NCBI GenBank assembly: GCA_963677925.2
Contig: CAXXYH010000004.1
Coordinates: 608,001 to 672,000, forward strand
Source: Spirochaetia bacterium
GTDB taxonomy: Bacteria; Spirochaetota; Spirochaetia; UBA9216
Length of the DNA: 64,000 nt
Reading direction: 5' to 3'
Both the position numbers and the translations under genes were made by a program. The first letter of the stretch is position 1. Each line of letters begins with the position of its first letter. The notes beneath the pieces are model-generated. The model was not told where the DNA came from. It was given only the letters and a program-made list of their open reading frames with translations, and did no database searches. This document shows positions 46,676-56,561 of this stretch, piece by piece.

Positions 46676-48393
46676 TTTAAAAGGGGGAATTTAATATTGA
46701 AGGATGTTCCTGAATTACCCGAATGTTCTATTTCTCCACTGAGGCTGATAACTGTTTCCCGGATAATTTTCATCCCCAGACTTGAGCCGGTCTCAATATT
46801 AAAATTTTCGTTTAAACCTATTCCTGTGTCTGAGACTTTAATAAAACCGTAATTATTTTCTTCAAACACCCTGATTGATATTTCACCTGAGCCCCTGTCG
46901 GGGAAGGCATATTTAAAAATATTTAAAATCAGCTCATTCAGGATAAGACCGCAGGCTGTTATCTGCTTTGAGGATAAAGACAATCGTGAAAATTCAGTAC
47001 TCAGCTTAATACGATCCTTGTCGGGATTCATGCTGTCGTTCAGCTGCCGCAGAAGTTCTTCAAAGTAGTTTGAAGCCATTATTTCCGAAAACTCAGGCTG
47101 TTCCGAAAGGGTTTCATGGATAAGGCTGAGAGTGTCTATACGAAGGCTGATATCTGTCAGACTTTCTATTACCTTCTGGTTTTCTTCATCCATTATCTGC
47201 ATCGAACAGAGGCCGCTTAAGATTAGGAGGTTATTCTTGATTCTGTGATTCATCTCCTGCATCAGTAAATGTTTTTCTTCTATAAGAGAATTAAGTTTCT
47301 GATTGTTTCTGTTCAGCATCCTGTTAAGCTTGTTCAGTCTGAAGAGGAGGGTGATAGTTGTTCCAAGCGAAAAGAAAATAATTATTAAAATGACAATTAT
47401 GGTTTCCAACTTATCTTTCAGGAATGTAAAAATGGTGTTTATATAAACTGTTCCCTGAGGAACATCCCGGATCGATATTGAATTCCGCCACATGGCAACA
47501 GCATCCATCATTGTGACAAGTGAGCTCGGGTCTGAATCTGCACAGCCCTGTTCAAGTAATTTTAATGTTGAGCAGAATAGAGCCTTTCCCCGGCTTGCCC
47601 CGTCAACCAGTTTCCCTCCTACTGCACCTGAACCCATCAGGCTGCTCCAGAATACATAAACAGGAGCATTGGCACGGTCGCACAGCTGTGTTAAAAATTC
47701 TTTTGGAATATACGAATTACCTGCGGCATCTGATCTTACAAGTGTGTAAAATATAATTGAGTTTGCCGGAAGGCTGCTTAACGTTTTAAATAATTCATTT
47801 GTATGAAAATCCTGATACACTATTGGTTTATATCCGTGTTCTTCTGCGGTTATAAGAAGTTTTTCAAGATATGCTTCTGTAGTCTTAACCTTACCGTCTA
47901 CTATATAGATATTTTCTGTCTTCGGTTTCTGCTTCAAGGCCATTTCGAATGTCCCGACAACAGAATAAAGGTCATTGTTGGGCAGCAGAATTATATCTTC
48001 ATTCATCTTGATCTTTTCACCGGGATCAATAAGTAATTTCGGAATCCCGGGAAAGTAATCACCGATCTTATAAAAAATTTCAGTTGCCGGATCTGCATCG
48101 ATTATTATTGCATTAATTTCTGCATTTCTGTATTTAATGCTCAGATACCAGTCCCATTCATCAATACTAAGGCTGTCTGACAGCCTCATATCATCCAGGT
48201 ATTCATTGTACAGTACAACCGGTTTGCCGTAAGCGGTGATTTCTTCGCTAATGCCCTCCTGAACCGAGGCGCTCCATGGAAGTTCTGCTGCGTATGATGA
48301 TAAAAAAAGTATATTTAAATTATTATTCGAAGCAAAAAGAGGCTGAAAAACAATGAAGCTTAAAATCAATGCAAACAGGAATTTTCTGGGCAT
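46672..48393 (-). CDS. Sensor histidine kinase (HisKA_2 type) with periplasmic ABC-substrate-binding-like sensor domain
   Basis: EMNHRIKNNL H-box; NEL..N..KYAF, DTGIG, SLGM; N-terminal LSSY..W..EYLD pattern. Confidence 0.88.
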   Translation of the reverse strand: MPRKFLFALILSFIVFQPLFASNNNLNILFLSSYAAELPWSASVQEGISEEITAYGKPVVLYNEYLDDMRLSDSLSIDEWDWYLSIKYRNAEINAIIIDADPATEIFYKIGDYFPGIPKLLIDPGEKIKMNEDIILLPNNDLYSVVGTFEMALKQKPKTENIYIVDGKVKTTEAYLEKLLITAEEHGYKPIVYQDFHTNELFKTLSSLPANSIIFYTLVRSDAAGNSYIPKEFLTQLCDRANAPVYVFWSSLMGSGAVGGKLVDGASRGKALFCSTLKLLEQGCADSDPSSLVTMMDAVAMWRNSISIRDVPQGTVYINTIFTFLKDKLETIIVILIIIFFSLGTTITLLFRLNKLNRMLNRNNQKLNSLIEEKHLLMQEMNHRIKNNLLILSGLCSMQIMDEENQKVIESLTDISLRIDTLSLIHETLSEQPEFSEIMASNYFEELLRQLNDSMNPDKDRIKLSTEFSRLSLSSKQITACGLILNELILNIFKYAFPDRGSGEISIRVFEENNYGFIKVSDTGIGLNENFNIETGSSLGMKIIRETVISLSGEIEHSGNSGTSFNIKFPLLN

Positions 48394-48513
48394 TGAAGTA
48401 TTATATTACGAATATATAGAAACACAAAATTATATTTGTGTTTTTGTAATATACACACCAAAAAATTTGACTTGCGATTTTAAAGATCCTATTAATTCAA
48501 TAGGAGTAAATGC

Positions 48514-50439
48514 ATGATAATATCAAGGCTTAAGATAGGCCAGAAAATCAGTATAATAATGTCGATTACGGTAGTTCTTTCACTTTCTGTTTTTTATATA
48601 TACATAAGAAGTACAACATTAAGGCTTGCAAATAATGACGCAGGAGTAATCGCCAATGAATATGCGGAACATTACGGACAGACTGTTCAGGAAATTTTCT
48701 CTACGGTATTAAGTGAGACCTCCGCAGCTGCAGATGCCATGCTTGCATTGATTGAATCGGGGGAACCTTCAAGAGAAACTGCAACCGCAATCCTTAAGCA
48801 GTGGTATGAAAGAGGCCGGGTAGAAAGCCGGATTTATGATACCTGGATAACCTTTGAACCGGGCGCTTTTGACGGCAGAGACAGCGAATACATGGGCACA
48901 GAACGATACGGGGAAGGCGGACAGTACAGTGCCTGGGTACTTGGCGAAGAAGTTTATGTGAATGTCCCTTCAGGAGATCCGGAGATGGATATATGGTACA
49001 CAGGGGCAAGAGACAGAGGACGGATAACGGTTTCGGATTTTTTTGAGTTTGAATATCCTGACGGCATGCAGACAGTTGTTGCAATTTCCAAACCGATAAT
49101 TGATTCAAAAGGAAAACATCTTGGTGTTATCGGCTGTGATTTTGAGGTGGGATCCATTCATAAGGAAATTAGTCTGGTAAGAATTTATGAAAATGGATTT
49201 TTGACTCTGGTATCCGAAGGCGGGGGAATAATTTCAACAATGAATGAGAACTCCCTCGGAAAGGATCTCGCTTCTTTCACCTGGATGAGCGCTGAGCTTG
49301 AAGATAAGATAAAAAGCGGAGAGTCATTTAATTTTGATTATTATTCAGATTTCCTGCAGGAGGATATTTTTGCAGCTGTTGTACCTGTCGAATTCGGTCA
49401 TAGCGGAAATATCTGGTACATGATGGTTAATATTCCAAAATCAGAAATTAATGCGGAATCAATAAAAATAATGAGAAATATTCTGATTCTTGCCGTCATC
49501 ATGATACTCCTTCTTATCTTTATCCTGACTTTAGTCTCACGGAGCATCACTATTCCGTTAAAGAAAGCGGTTAATTTTGCTAACGAAATATCAGAAGGCA
49601 ATTTACACGCACACCTTGATTATAATCATAAGGATGAAATTGGAAGTCTGACGGATGCCCTGAATGACATGAAGGCTAATCTTGTCAGAATTATTACAAG
49701 CATAAAAGACAGTACGGAACAGTTTATCGCCGGAAGTTCACAGCTGAACGAATCTGCTCTGCAGATAGCGGACGGTGCAAATCAGCAGGCTGCCGGTGTT
49801 GAAGAAATTTCTGCAAGTATGGAAGAACTCAGTGCCAATATTCAGCAGAATGCTGATAACGCAGCCCATTCCAGCCGTCTTGCCGACGATGTCATAGTAT
49901 CCGCAGATAAGGGGGGTGAGGCTGTTCTTGAAACGGTTTCGGCAATCAAGGAGATAGCCGAAAAAATTGCAGTTATAGAAGAGATTGCCAGAAATACAAA
50001 TCTGCTGGCTCTTAATGCTGCGATTGAGGCTGCCAGGGCCGGAGAGTCGGGGAAGGGGTTTGCCGTTGTGGCAAATGAAGTTAAGAAGCTTGCTGAAAAT
50101 AGTGCCGCTGCGGCAGCAGAGATAACCGGAATTACAGGTGTTAACGTTGCTAAGGCCGAGCATGCCGGAAAGATCATAAAGGAAATGGTTCCGCAGATAG
50201 GAAAGACTGCCGAGCTGATTCAGGAGATCTCTTCTGCAAGTCACGAACAGAGCTCCGGCTCAGGGCAGGTGAACGAATCCATACTTCAGATGAATAATGT
50301 CGTTCAGGGAAATGTCAGTGTTTCTGAAAAAATGGCGTCAATGGCTGAGGAACTTGATTCTCAGGCGCGCACTTTACTTGAGCTTGTTTCCTTTTTTCAG
50401 CTTGAAGAAAAACGGCGGACACAAAAGCTTCTTGAATAG
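48514..50439 (+). CDS. Methyl-accepting chemotaxis protein (Cache + HAMP + MCP signal domain)
   Basis: [37 protein letters not shown]; WY-containing Cache domain; DEIG.L HAMP. Confidence 0.96.
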   Translation: MIISRLKIGQKISIIMSITVVLSLSVFYIYIRSTTLRLANNDAGVIANEYAEHYGQTVQEIFSTVLSETSAAADAMLALIESGEPSRETATAILKQWYERGRVESRIYDTWITFEPGAFDGRDSEYMGTERYGEGGQYSAWVLGEEVYVNVPSGDPEMDIWYTGARDRGRITVSDFFEFEYPDGMQTVVAISKPIIDSKGKHLGVIGCDFEVGSIHKEISLVRIYENGFLTLVSEGGGIISTMNENSLGKDLASFTWMSAELEDKIKSGESFNFDYYSDFLQEDIFAAVVPVEFGHSGNIWYMMVNIPKSEINAESIKIMRNILILAVIMILLLIFILTLVSRSITIPLKKAVNFANEISEGNLHAHLDYNHKDEIGSLTDALNDMKANLVRIITSIKDSTEQFIAGSSQLNESALQIADGANQQAAGVEEISASMEELSANIQQNADNAAHSSRLADDVIVSADKGGEAVLETVSAIKEIAEKIAVIEEIARNTNLLALNAAIEAARAGESGKGFAVVANEVKKLAENSAAAAAEITGITGVNVAKAEHAGKIIKEMVPQIGKTAELIQEISSASHEQSSGSGQVNESILQMNNVVQGNVSVSEKMASMAEELDSQARTLLELVSFFQLEEKRRTQKLLE

Positions 50440-50456
50440 TTGAAAAATCCTGTAGC

Positions 50457-51689
50457 TTACTTGTTTACTATTCTGTCCTGCCCCTTGTTTGAGAGCAGTA
50501 AAAATCCGGCAAGGGCTGCGGCAGAGACAAATCCTGAAATATACCAGAGAAGGTTCGGGTTATAATTATCCATTATCAGACCGGCAAGGTATGGGCCAAG
50601 CATGGAGGGGATGGACCATGAAAGGTTGTATATTCCCATATACCGCCCACGCATATGTTCAGGAGACAGTTTTGCTACAACAGTCTGGCCCACAGGAATG
50701 ATTACCATTTCACCGAAGGTTATTAAAAGTACAGCAGCCACGAAAAACGCATAGCCATGAATAAATCCGAAAAGCGTATATCCGACCAGAAAGCATGCAG
50801 TGCCAAGGGCCATCATTTTCATTGGATTTTTTTTCTCAAGCCATGCTGACACTCTGAACTGAAATATAACCACAAAAAGGGCGTTTATGCTCATTAGAAG
50901 GCCGTAATGCCGGGCCGATATACTGTGAACATCACGAAGGTAAACTGAAAAAGAGCTGTAGAGCTGCTGATAAACCAGAAGCATAAGCACCGAGATCAAT
51001 ATGTAGGCCATATAGAATTGATCTGAAAAAACTTTACTGTATCCCTTGATAGTTTTAAGCAGGTTTTCATGCTGCCTGTCCTGTTCGTCAGTTTCGGGTT
51101 TTGTTTCCGGAATTTTGATATAAACAATAACAGCCGTAATTATGCTTGTCACAGCGTCAGCCAGAAAAATAAAGAAGTACGACTTCAGCGATAGAAGGCC
51201 GCCGATTGACGGGCCAACTATCCAGGCAAGGTTTCCGGCGACACGCATCGTTCCATATCCTGAAGCCCGCTTTTCTTCAGGCAGCAGATCAGCCACCATA
51301 ACCATGCGGGCCGGACCGGCAATATCTCCAAGCAGACCGGAAACAACAGCAAGCACGAAAAATAATTCAAGGGTGGGGCAGAGCCCCATAGCTATACTGC
51401 TTAAACCGCTGGTGACAAGACCGGTAATAAGAATAACCTTCCTGCCGAAGCGGTCACAGAGGGCCCCGCCGATAAAGCCTCCTGCCATGCCGGCCATAGC
51501 AAATACCGCTAGAAGAAGTCCGGCCTCTGTCATTCCTACATTAAATCTTTTTGTTACATACAGAGTGAAAAAGGGGTACAGCATGGTACCGCCCAGCCTG
51601 TCGATAAAAGTCGACCCGCTGAGCACCCAGAAATTGCCGGGGTAGAGATTATAGGTTTCGGTTATCCGCTGTTTTAATTTTTTTACCAT
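50457..51689 (-). CDS. MFS transporter (MdtH/YttB-like)
   Basis: G.LCDRFGRK motif A; about 12 TM segments; RGRYMG. Confidence 0.92.
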   Translation of the reverse strand: MVKKLKQRITETYNLYPGNFWVLSGSTFIDRLGGTMLYPFFTLYVTKRFNVGMTEAGLLLAVFAMAGMAGGFIGGALCDRFGRKVILITGLVTSGLSSIAMGLCPTLELFFVLAVVSGLLGDIAGPARMVMVADLLPEEKRASGYGTMRVAGNLAWIVGPSIGGLLSLKSYFFIFLADAVTSIITAVIVYIKIPETKPETDEQDRQHENLLKTIKGYSKVFSDQFYMAYILISVLMLLVYQQLYSSFSVYLRDVHSISARHYGLLMSINALFVVIFQFRVSAWLEKKNPMKMMALGTACFLVGYTLFGFIHGYAFFVAAVLLITFGEMVIIPVGQTVVAKLSPEHMRGRYMGIYNLSWSIPSMLGPYLAGLIMDNYNPNLLWYISGFVSAAALAGFLLLSNKGQDRIVNK

Positions 51690-51700
51690 TTTGTGAGAAT

Positions 51701-53701
51701 CTAAATATTCCTTTCTTCTTTCATATCCGGAATTTTTACAGGAATTATCAAAGTAAATATTGAGCCTTTATTGAGTTCTGAAGATACAGAGATGCTTCCT
51801 CCCAGCTTTTCGGCTAAGGAGTTTGAAATTGAAAGCCCTAATCCGGTTCCATGATGATTTTTTGTATAGGATGACTCCGCCTGCTGAAACTCTTCAAAAA
51901 TATGCTTTAAATCAGCTTCCTGTATTCCGCACCCTGTATCACTGATTGAGATGACGATTTGATTCGGTTCAGCCCTATCTGTATATGCAGATATTTTGAT
52001 GGTTCCGGAATCTGTAAACTTGACTGCGTTATTGATTAAGTTTCTAAGAATCTGTTCGATTCTCCGGCGATCGGAAATTATCCAGTCCGGAAAGTTTTCG
52101 GCAACATCAAGTATTAATGCAAGATTTTTAGCGTCTGCCATTTGCCTGTAAAGGTTTAGTGTATTTTCCAAACTCTCGAGAATGCTGTAAGGTTCATTTA
52201 TTATTGAAATTTTCTCAGTCGCGATTTTCTCAAAATCAATAATATCATTTATAAGAGACAGCAGAGAATGAGTTGTTGTAAGGCAGAGCTCCAGATTTCT
52301 TTTAATATCTCCGGAAGGATTCAGCATAAGCGACATTTCGGTAAGTCCGATTATTCCTGTAATCGGGGTTCTGATTTCATGGCTCATTTTTGCAAGAAAT
52401 ATTCCTTTGTCCTTAGTTGCCTGCTCTGCTTTTTCCTTTTCAATTTTCAGTTTCTCAGCTTGAGAAATTCTTTCGGTTTTATATTTTTGAAAAAGGTTTA
52501 TAGCATTGGCCAGCTTTCCGATTTCATCATTCCGATTTGTATATTTTATATTTAGAATAGTCTTGCTCTCGGGTATAAGACTCATTGTATTTGTTAATAC
52601 GAGTAAAGGTTTGATAATTTTTCTGGAAATGAAAAGTATAAGTATTGTTACAAGCATTATCAGTAAAAATGCAGAAATAGAGAATGCTGCGAAATTTTTA
52701 ACGGCTTCCTGTTTCTGATTATTGCTTATTTCAGTTGTATAAGATTTGGCTGCGTTAAGAATTCCTGCAATCCCCTCCAGGGCTTCTTCTACTTTAGATA
52801 TAAGCATTTCCTGTGGAATTTCCTGAACATTTTCCGGATCTGCCATATTCAGTGAGACAATATCAAATAAATTTCTAAGCTCTGAAAAGTATAAATTTTC
52901 AACATTTTGAACTGCATCGTGCAGTTCTTCAGAAGCCACATAAGGTTCAAGTCTCTTTATTTCATTCCAGTGATGGTCGGTCAGCGTTCTTAATTCCTGT
53001 ATGGAATGAAGTTGCCGGGCAGTAAGAGCCTTTCCGGTGGCATTTGCTGAGATCATTCGTGAGCCTTCCGGTCCTGCGGTGTTCCGTAAAGAAAGCGCCT
53101 CCAGTTTAATTCTGAAACCTATATCATTTTCAGGGGAGATGGATGTAATGTAGATATGAATCTGAAAAAGCAGGTTTTCAATTTCTTTAATTATTCCGGT
53201 CATCGCGGGAAACCATTCTGCGGTCAGCTCTGCATTCCGTTCGGTAAAATCAAGATCCATATTCTGTTCAGCCGATATGCGTAAATCTTCAATGTATGAA
53301 TGCTTTGAAACTATTTTATTTTTTATATTTTCAAATTCTTCCATATCGATTCCGGAAAGAAGACTCAGGGCCTGCTTATAGTTTTCATCGGCGATAGTTC
53401 TTTGCTCTATAATAAACTTCCGGTTTGATTCCATGTCCTGAACCGGTCCGGAATAGGTTAATACTACATTCACCCGGCCCCGTTCAAAGCCGTAATGTCT
53501 GACTGCCTGAAAAAGTTTATCTGAAAGCTCAATCAGTTCATAGGTTTTTGATGCATTGATATATGCTGTATACGTTCTGTAAAAATCAGGAACAGCACTT
53601 ATTATTAACAGAATAATGAGCAGTATAAGTGAAAATGCAAGAAGTTTTCCCGAGCTTCGAAAAAGAGGTGCTGATGTTTTATTATTTTGTGTTTTCTCCA
53701 T
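51701..53701 (-). CDS. Sensor histidine kinase with NIT-like periplasmic domain and HAMP
   Basis: FLAKMSHEIRTP, NLINNAVKFT, DTGCGI, GTGLGL; periplasmic ERG and LR..AG.E motifs. Confidence 0.9.
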   Translation of the reverse strand: MEKTQNNKTSAPLFRSSGKLLAFSLILLIILLIISAVPDFYRTYTAYINASKTYELIELSDKLFQAVRHYGFERGRVNVVLTYSGPVQDMESNRKFIIEQRTIADENYKQALSLLSGIDMEEFENIKNKIVSKHSYIEDLRISAEQNMDLDFTERNAELTAEWFPAMTGIIKEIENLLFQIHIYITSISPENDIGFRIKLEALSLRNTAGPEGSRMISANATGKALTARQLHSIQELRTLTDHHWNEIKRLEPYVASEELHDAVQNVENLYFSELRNLFDIVSLNMADPENVQEIPQEMLISKVEEALEGIAGILNAAKSYTTEISNNQKQEAVKNFAAFSISAFLLIMLVTILILFISRKIIKPLLVLTNTMSLIPESKTILNIKYTNRNDEIGKLANAINLFQKYKTERISQAEKLKIEKEKAEQATKDKGIFLAKMSHEIRTPITGIIGLTEMSLMLNPSGDIKRNLELCLTTTHSLLSLINDIIDFEKIATEKISIINEPYSILESLENTLNLYRQMADAKNLALILDVAENFPDWIISDRRRIEQILRNLINNAVKFTDSGTIKISAYTDRAEPNQIVISISDTGCGIQEADLKHIFEEFQQAESSYTKNHHGTGLGLSISNSLAEKLGGSISVSSELNKGSIFTLIIPVKIPDMKEERNI

Positions 53702-53828
53702 ATTAAATCCGAATCAATTATACAATGAATTAATCAGTTTATCTTAAAAACATTTAAGTTAATCTGCTGATAAATTATCTTCAATTATTTGATAATCGCC
53801 TTCCGGTTATCTATACTTCAAGTACAGA

Positions 53829-55613
53829 ATGAAAATCTATAATTTGCTGTATTCTGATCCTTCCGATTTGATTCCCGTTAAAGAAAAGGTATTAAAACTG
53901 CCTCCCGAAAATGTTTTGATTCAGGTTTTTATGGGAACCCCGGAATCTTCGATTGCAGAAAAGGTTCTGGAAGAGCTGAAGTCGGCCTTTCCCGGATATC
54001 CGGTTATCGGAACAAGTACTTCCGGTGAAATACTAAACGGAACAGTTTTAAATCATACAACTGTCATCAGTTTCAGCCTCTTTGATTCTACAATTGTCAG
54101 ATCTGTTCTGATTGGTCAGAATGATGATATTGCATCTGCCGGTGGAGAAATAGCAGGGGTGCTGCGGAATTCTGAACTGAAATCAGTTATAGTTTTCGCC
54201 TGCGGAATGAAAGACAATGTTTATGTAGATCAGTCCTCCATTCTTACGAGCCTTGAGTCCGAGCTTGGTTCCGTCCCGGTATCCGGAGGCCTGTCAGGCG
54301 GTATTTTTAAAAAACAGGAATCATTTTTTGTTTTTACAGAAAAAGGCTTTTCATTTGGAGGTTTTGCCGCCGCAGGTTTGTCAGGAAAAGAGCTCAGGGT
54401 CCTCTGTGATTACAATGTCAGCTGGATACCAATCGGAAAACAGATGATGATAACAAAATCCGAGAATAAAAGGGTTTTCAGTATAGATGACAAGAACGTA
54501 AAAGACCTGTATCAGCATTATCTGGGTATCGATCTATCCGGAGCTTCTTCTACCTTCATGGATAATTTTCCGCTGATGATAAGACGACACAGCCGTTACA
54601 TTCCCAACCCTGTGTCCAGGGTGCTTGATGACGGATCGGTTGAGTTTATCCATCAGATGCATCCCGGTGAAGCTGTCCAGTTCAGTATATGTGATGTTCA
54701 TCTTCTTGAATACGGCGCCGTAAGCCTGAAAAATACTCTTAAAGAGTTTAAATCCGAAGCAGTTTTTGTGTTTTCATGTGAATCAAGAAAAAGCATTCTT
54801 GGAGATGATATCTACATCGATATGAAGACTCTCAACGGTTCTCCGGCATCAATAGGATTTTTCACCTACGGAGAATTTCTGAAACCGCCGGGCGAGCCTC
54901 CGCAGTTTTTTCAGCAGACAATGACGGTACTTGCTCTTTCTGAGAAATCGAAGGACGCACCTTCTGAATACTCAGATTTGTATGATCTTATAGAACCTGA
55001 GGTTCAGGAATCAGACAGGTTTAAGCTTCAGAAAGTGCTTATTCGGCTTGTAAAATGCATAACCGGTGAGCTTGAAGAACGTAACCAGCAGCTTGATAAA
55101 ATGGCTAATTCAGATACGCTTACAGGACTGGGTAACCGCAGAAACTTTGATATGATTTTAAATCATGTAATAAAAACCTATTCCAGGTCAAATGACTGTT
55201 TCAGCCTTATTATTTTTGATGTTGATTATTTCAAACTCTTCAATGATCATTACGGACATGTCGAGGGAGATGATGCTCTAAGGGGAATTGGCGCTGTGAT
55301 GAAGAATATGCTTAAACGAAGCGGTGATAAGGCGTTCCGCTACGGAGGGGAGGAATTTGCCTGCATTCTTGTATCAACAGATTCTGAAGGAGCCGCTTTA
55401 ATGGCTGAGAAGATTAGAAAGAGTATTACCGGCCTCGGAATTCCTCATCAGCGGTCGGATGTTTCCGATTTTTTATCTGTCAGTCTGGGAGTGCTTACTG
55501 TTCATCCTGATAAAAACACAGAGGAGGATTCAATAATCAAGCAGTGTGACCAGCTTCTGTACAAGGCAAAAGAACAGGGCCGCAACCGTTTTGTTTCAGG
55601 ATGTGCTGAGTGA
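53829..55613 (+). CDS. FIST (NosP-like) domain diguanylate cyclase
   Basis: IGTSTSGEI, SW.PIGK, VFSCESRK, GFFTYGE; D.LTGL.NRR, RSGD I-site, RYGGEEF. Confidence 0.9.
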   Translation: MKIYNLLYSDPSDLIPVKEKVLKLPPENVLIQVFMGTPESSIAEKVLEELKSAFPGYPVIGTSTSGEILNGTVLNHTTVISFSLFDSTIVRSVLIGQNDDIASAGGEIAGVLRNSELKSVIVFACGMKDNVYVDQSSILTSLESELGSVPVSGGLSGGIFKKQESFFVFTEKGFSFGGFAAAGLSGKELRVLCDYNVSWIPIGKQMMITKSENKRVFSIDDKNVKDLYQHYLGIDLSGASSTFMDNFPLMIRRHSRYIPNPVSRVLDDGSVEFIHQMHPGEAVQFSICDVHLLEYGAVSLKNTLKEFKSEAVFVFSCESRKSILGDDIYIDMKTLNGSPASIGFFTYGEFLKPPGEPPQFFQQTMTVLALSEKSKDAPSEYSDLYDLIEPEVQESDRFKLQKVLIRLVKCITGELEERNQQLDKMANSDTLTGLGNRRNFDMILNHVIKTYSRSNDCFSLIIFDVDYFKLFNDHYGHVEGDDALRGIGAVMKNMLKRSGDKAFRYGGEEFACILVSTDSEGAALMAEKIRKSITGLGIPHQRSDVSDFLSVSLGVLTVHPDKNTEEDSIIKQCDQLLYKAKEQGRNRFVSGCAE

Positions 55614-55638
55614 TTGAATTTTCATTCCAATATTTACA

Positions 55639-56478
55639 CTATCCGCCTATTCCGATCAGGGCTGCGCCGGCTATTGAAAGAATCAGTCCGAGAATCCTCA
55701 ACGGCGGAAGCTTCTCCTTTAAAAACATCTTCTGCAGAACTACTGTAGGTGCGGGATATAAAGAAGAAAGAATTACTGCTATTATAAGATATCCGGTCCT
55801 GCCTGCGAGCAGGTAAAGTACATTTGCGGCCATATCAAGAAAACCGCTTATAAATGTAACTTTACGGGTTCCCTTTGCCAGATTCACTTTTTTTTCCCGA
55901 ATTATGGCATATATAAGGAAAACCGGTACTGTAACCGCTCTCGCCGCTGCAAGAGGCCATATTCCGGATTGTTCTGAAGTTTTCGAAACCAGAATGATAA
56001 AGAAGCCGGCAAAAAAAGTCCCTGATATTAATCCGTGCCGGATAGATTTTGAAATATGTTCGGGCCTGCCGTTTTTCTCCCATGATAAGAATAATATTGC
56101 AGGAAGTGATACAGCCACACCAAGCCAGGTAAGAAAAGGCGGTCTTTCTCCGGTGAGCAGTCCGAAAATTACCGGAATAACGGCTCCGCATAAGGCCGCT
56201 GTTGGAGATACTATTGCGGCTATCCCTGAGGCAAGGCCTCTGTAAAGAAACAGGATTCCAAGTCCGCCTGACAGTCCGCCGACCATTCCCCAGAGAAGAT
56301 CTGCAGCGCTTATCTCTGTCTTTCCTATAAATGGAGCTGCTATCAACACCGTGATAAGTCCAATCATCTGTGACCATGCAACAGTCAGTGCCGCTGAATT
56401 TTTCCTGGTGGAAAAGCCTCCGAGAAAATCAGCGGTTCCGTAGGCAAATGCAGACATTAAAGCGTAAAAAACTACCAT
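55639..56478 (-). CDS. EamA/DMT-family transporter
   Basis: A.AYG.ADF.GG, P..FG...GER and LSSLYP..TV.L....LKE; about 10 TM segments. Confidence 0.88.
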   Translation of the reverse strand: MVVFYALMSAFAYGTADFLGGFSTRKNSAALTVAWSQMIGLITVLIAAPFIGKTEISAADLLWGMVGGLSGGLGILFLYRGLASGIAAIVSPTAALCGAVIPVIFGLLTGERPPFLTWLGVAVSLPAILFLSWEKNGRPEHISKSIRHGLISGTFFAGFFIILVSKTSEQSGIWPLAAARAVTVPVFLIYAIIREKKVNLAKGTRKVTFISGFLDMAANVLYLLAGRTGYLIIAVILSSLYPAPTVVLQKMFLKEKLPPLRILGLILSIAGAALIGIGG

Positions 56479-56561
56479 GACAAGCAATAATAACAGATCG
56501 TTTGGATTTTGTTTTGGAATTAGATATAATATAATAGTACTGTCTGTCCGGAGGATAGTTT

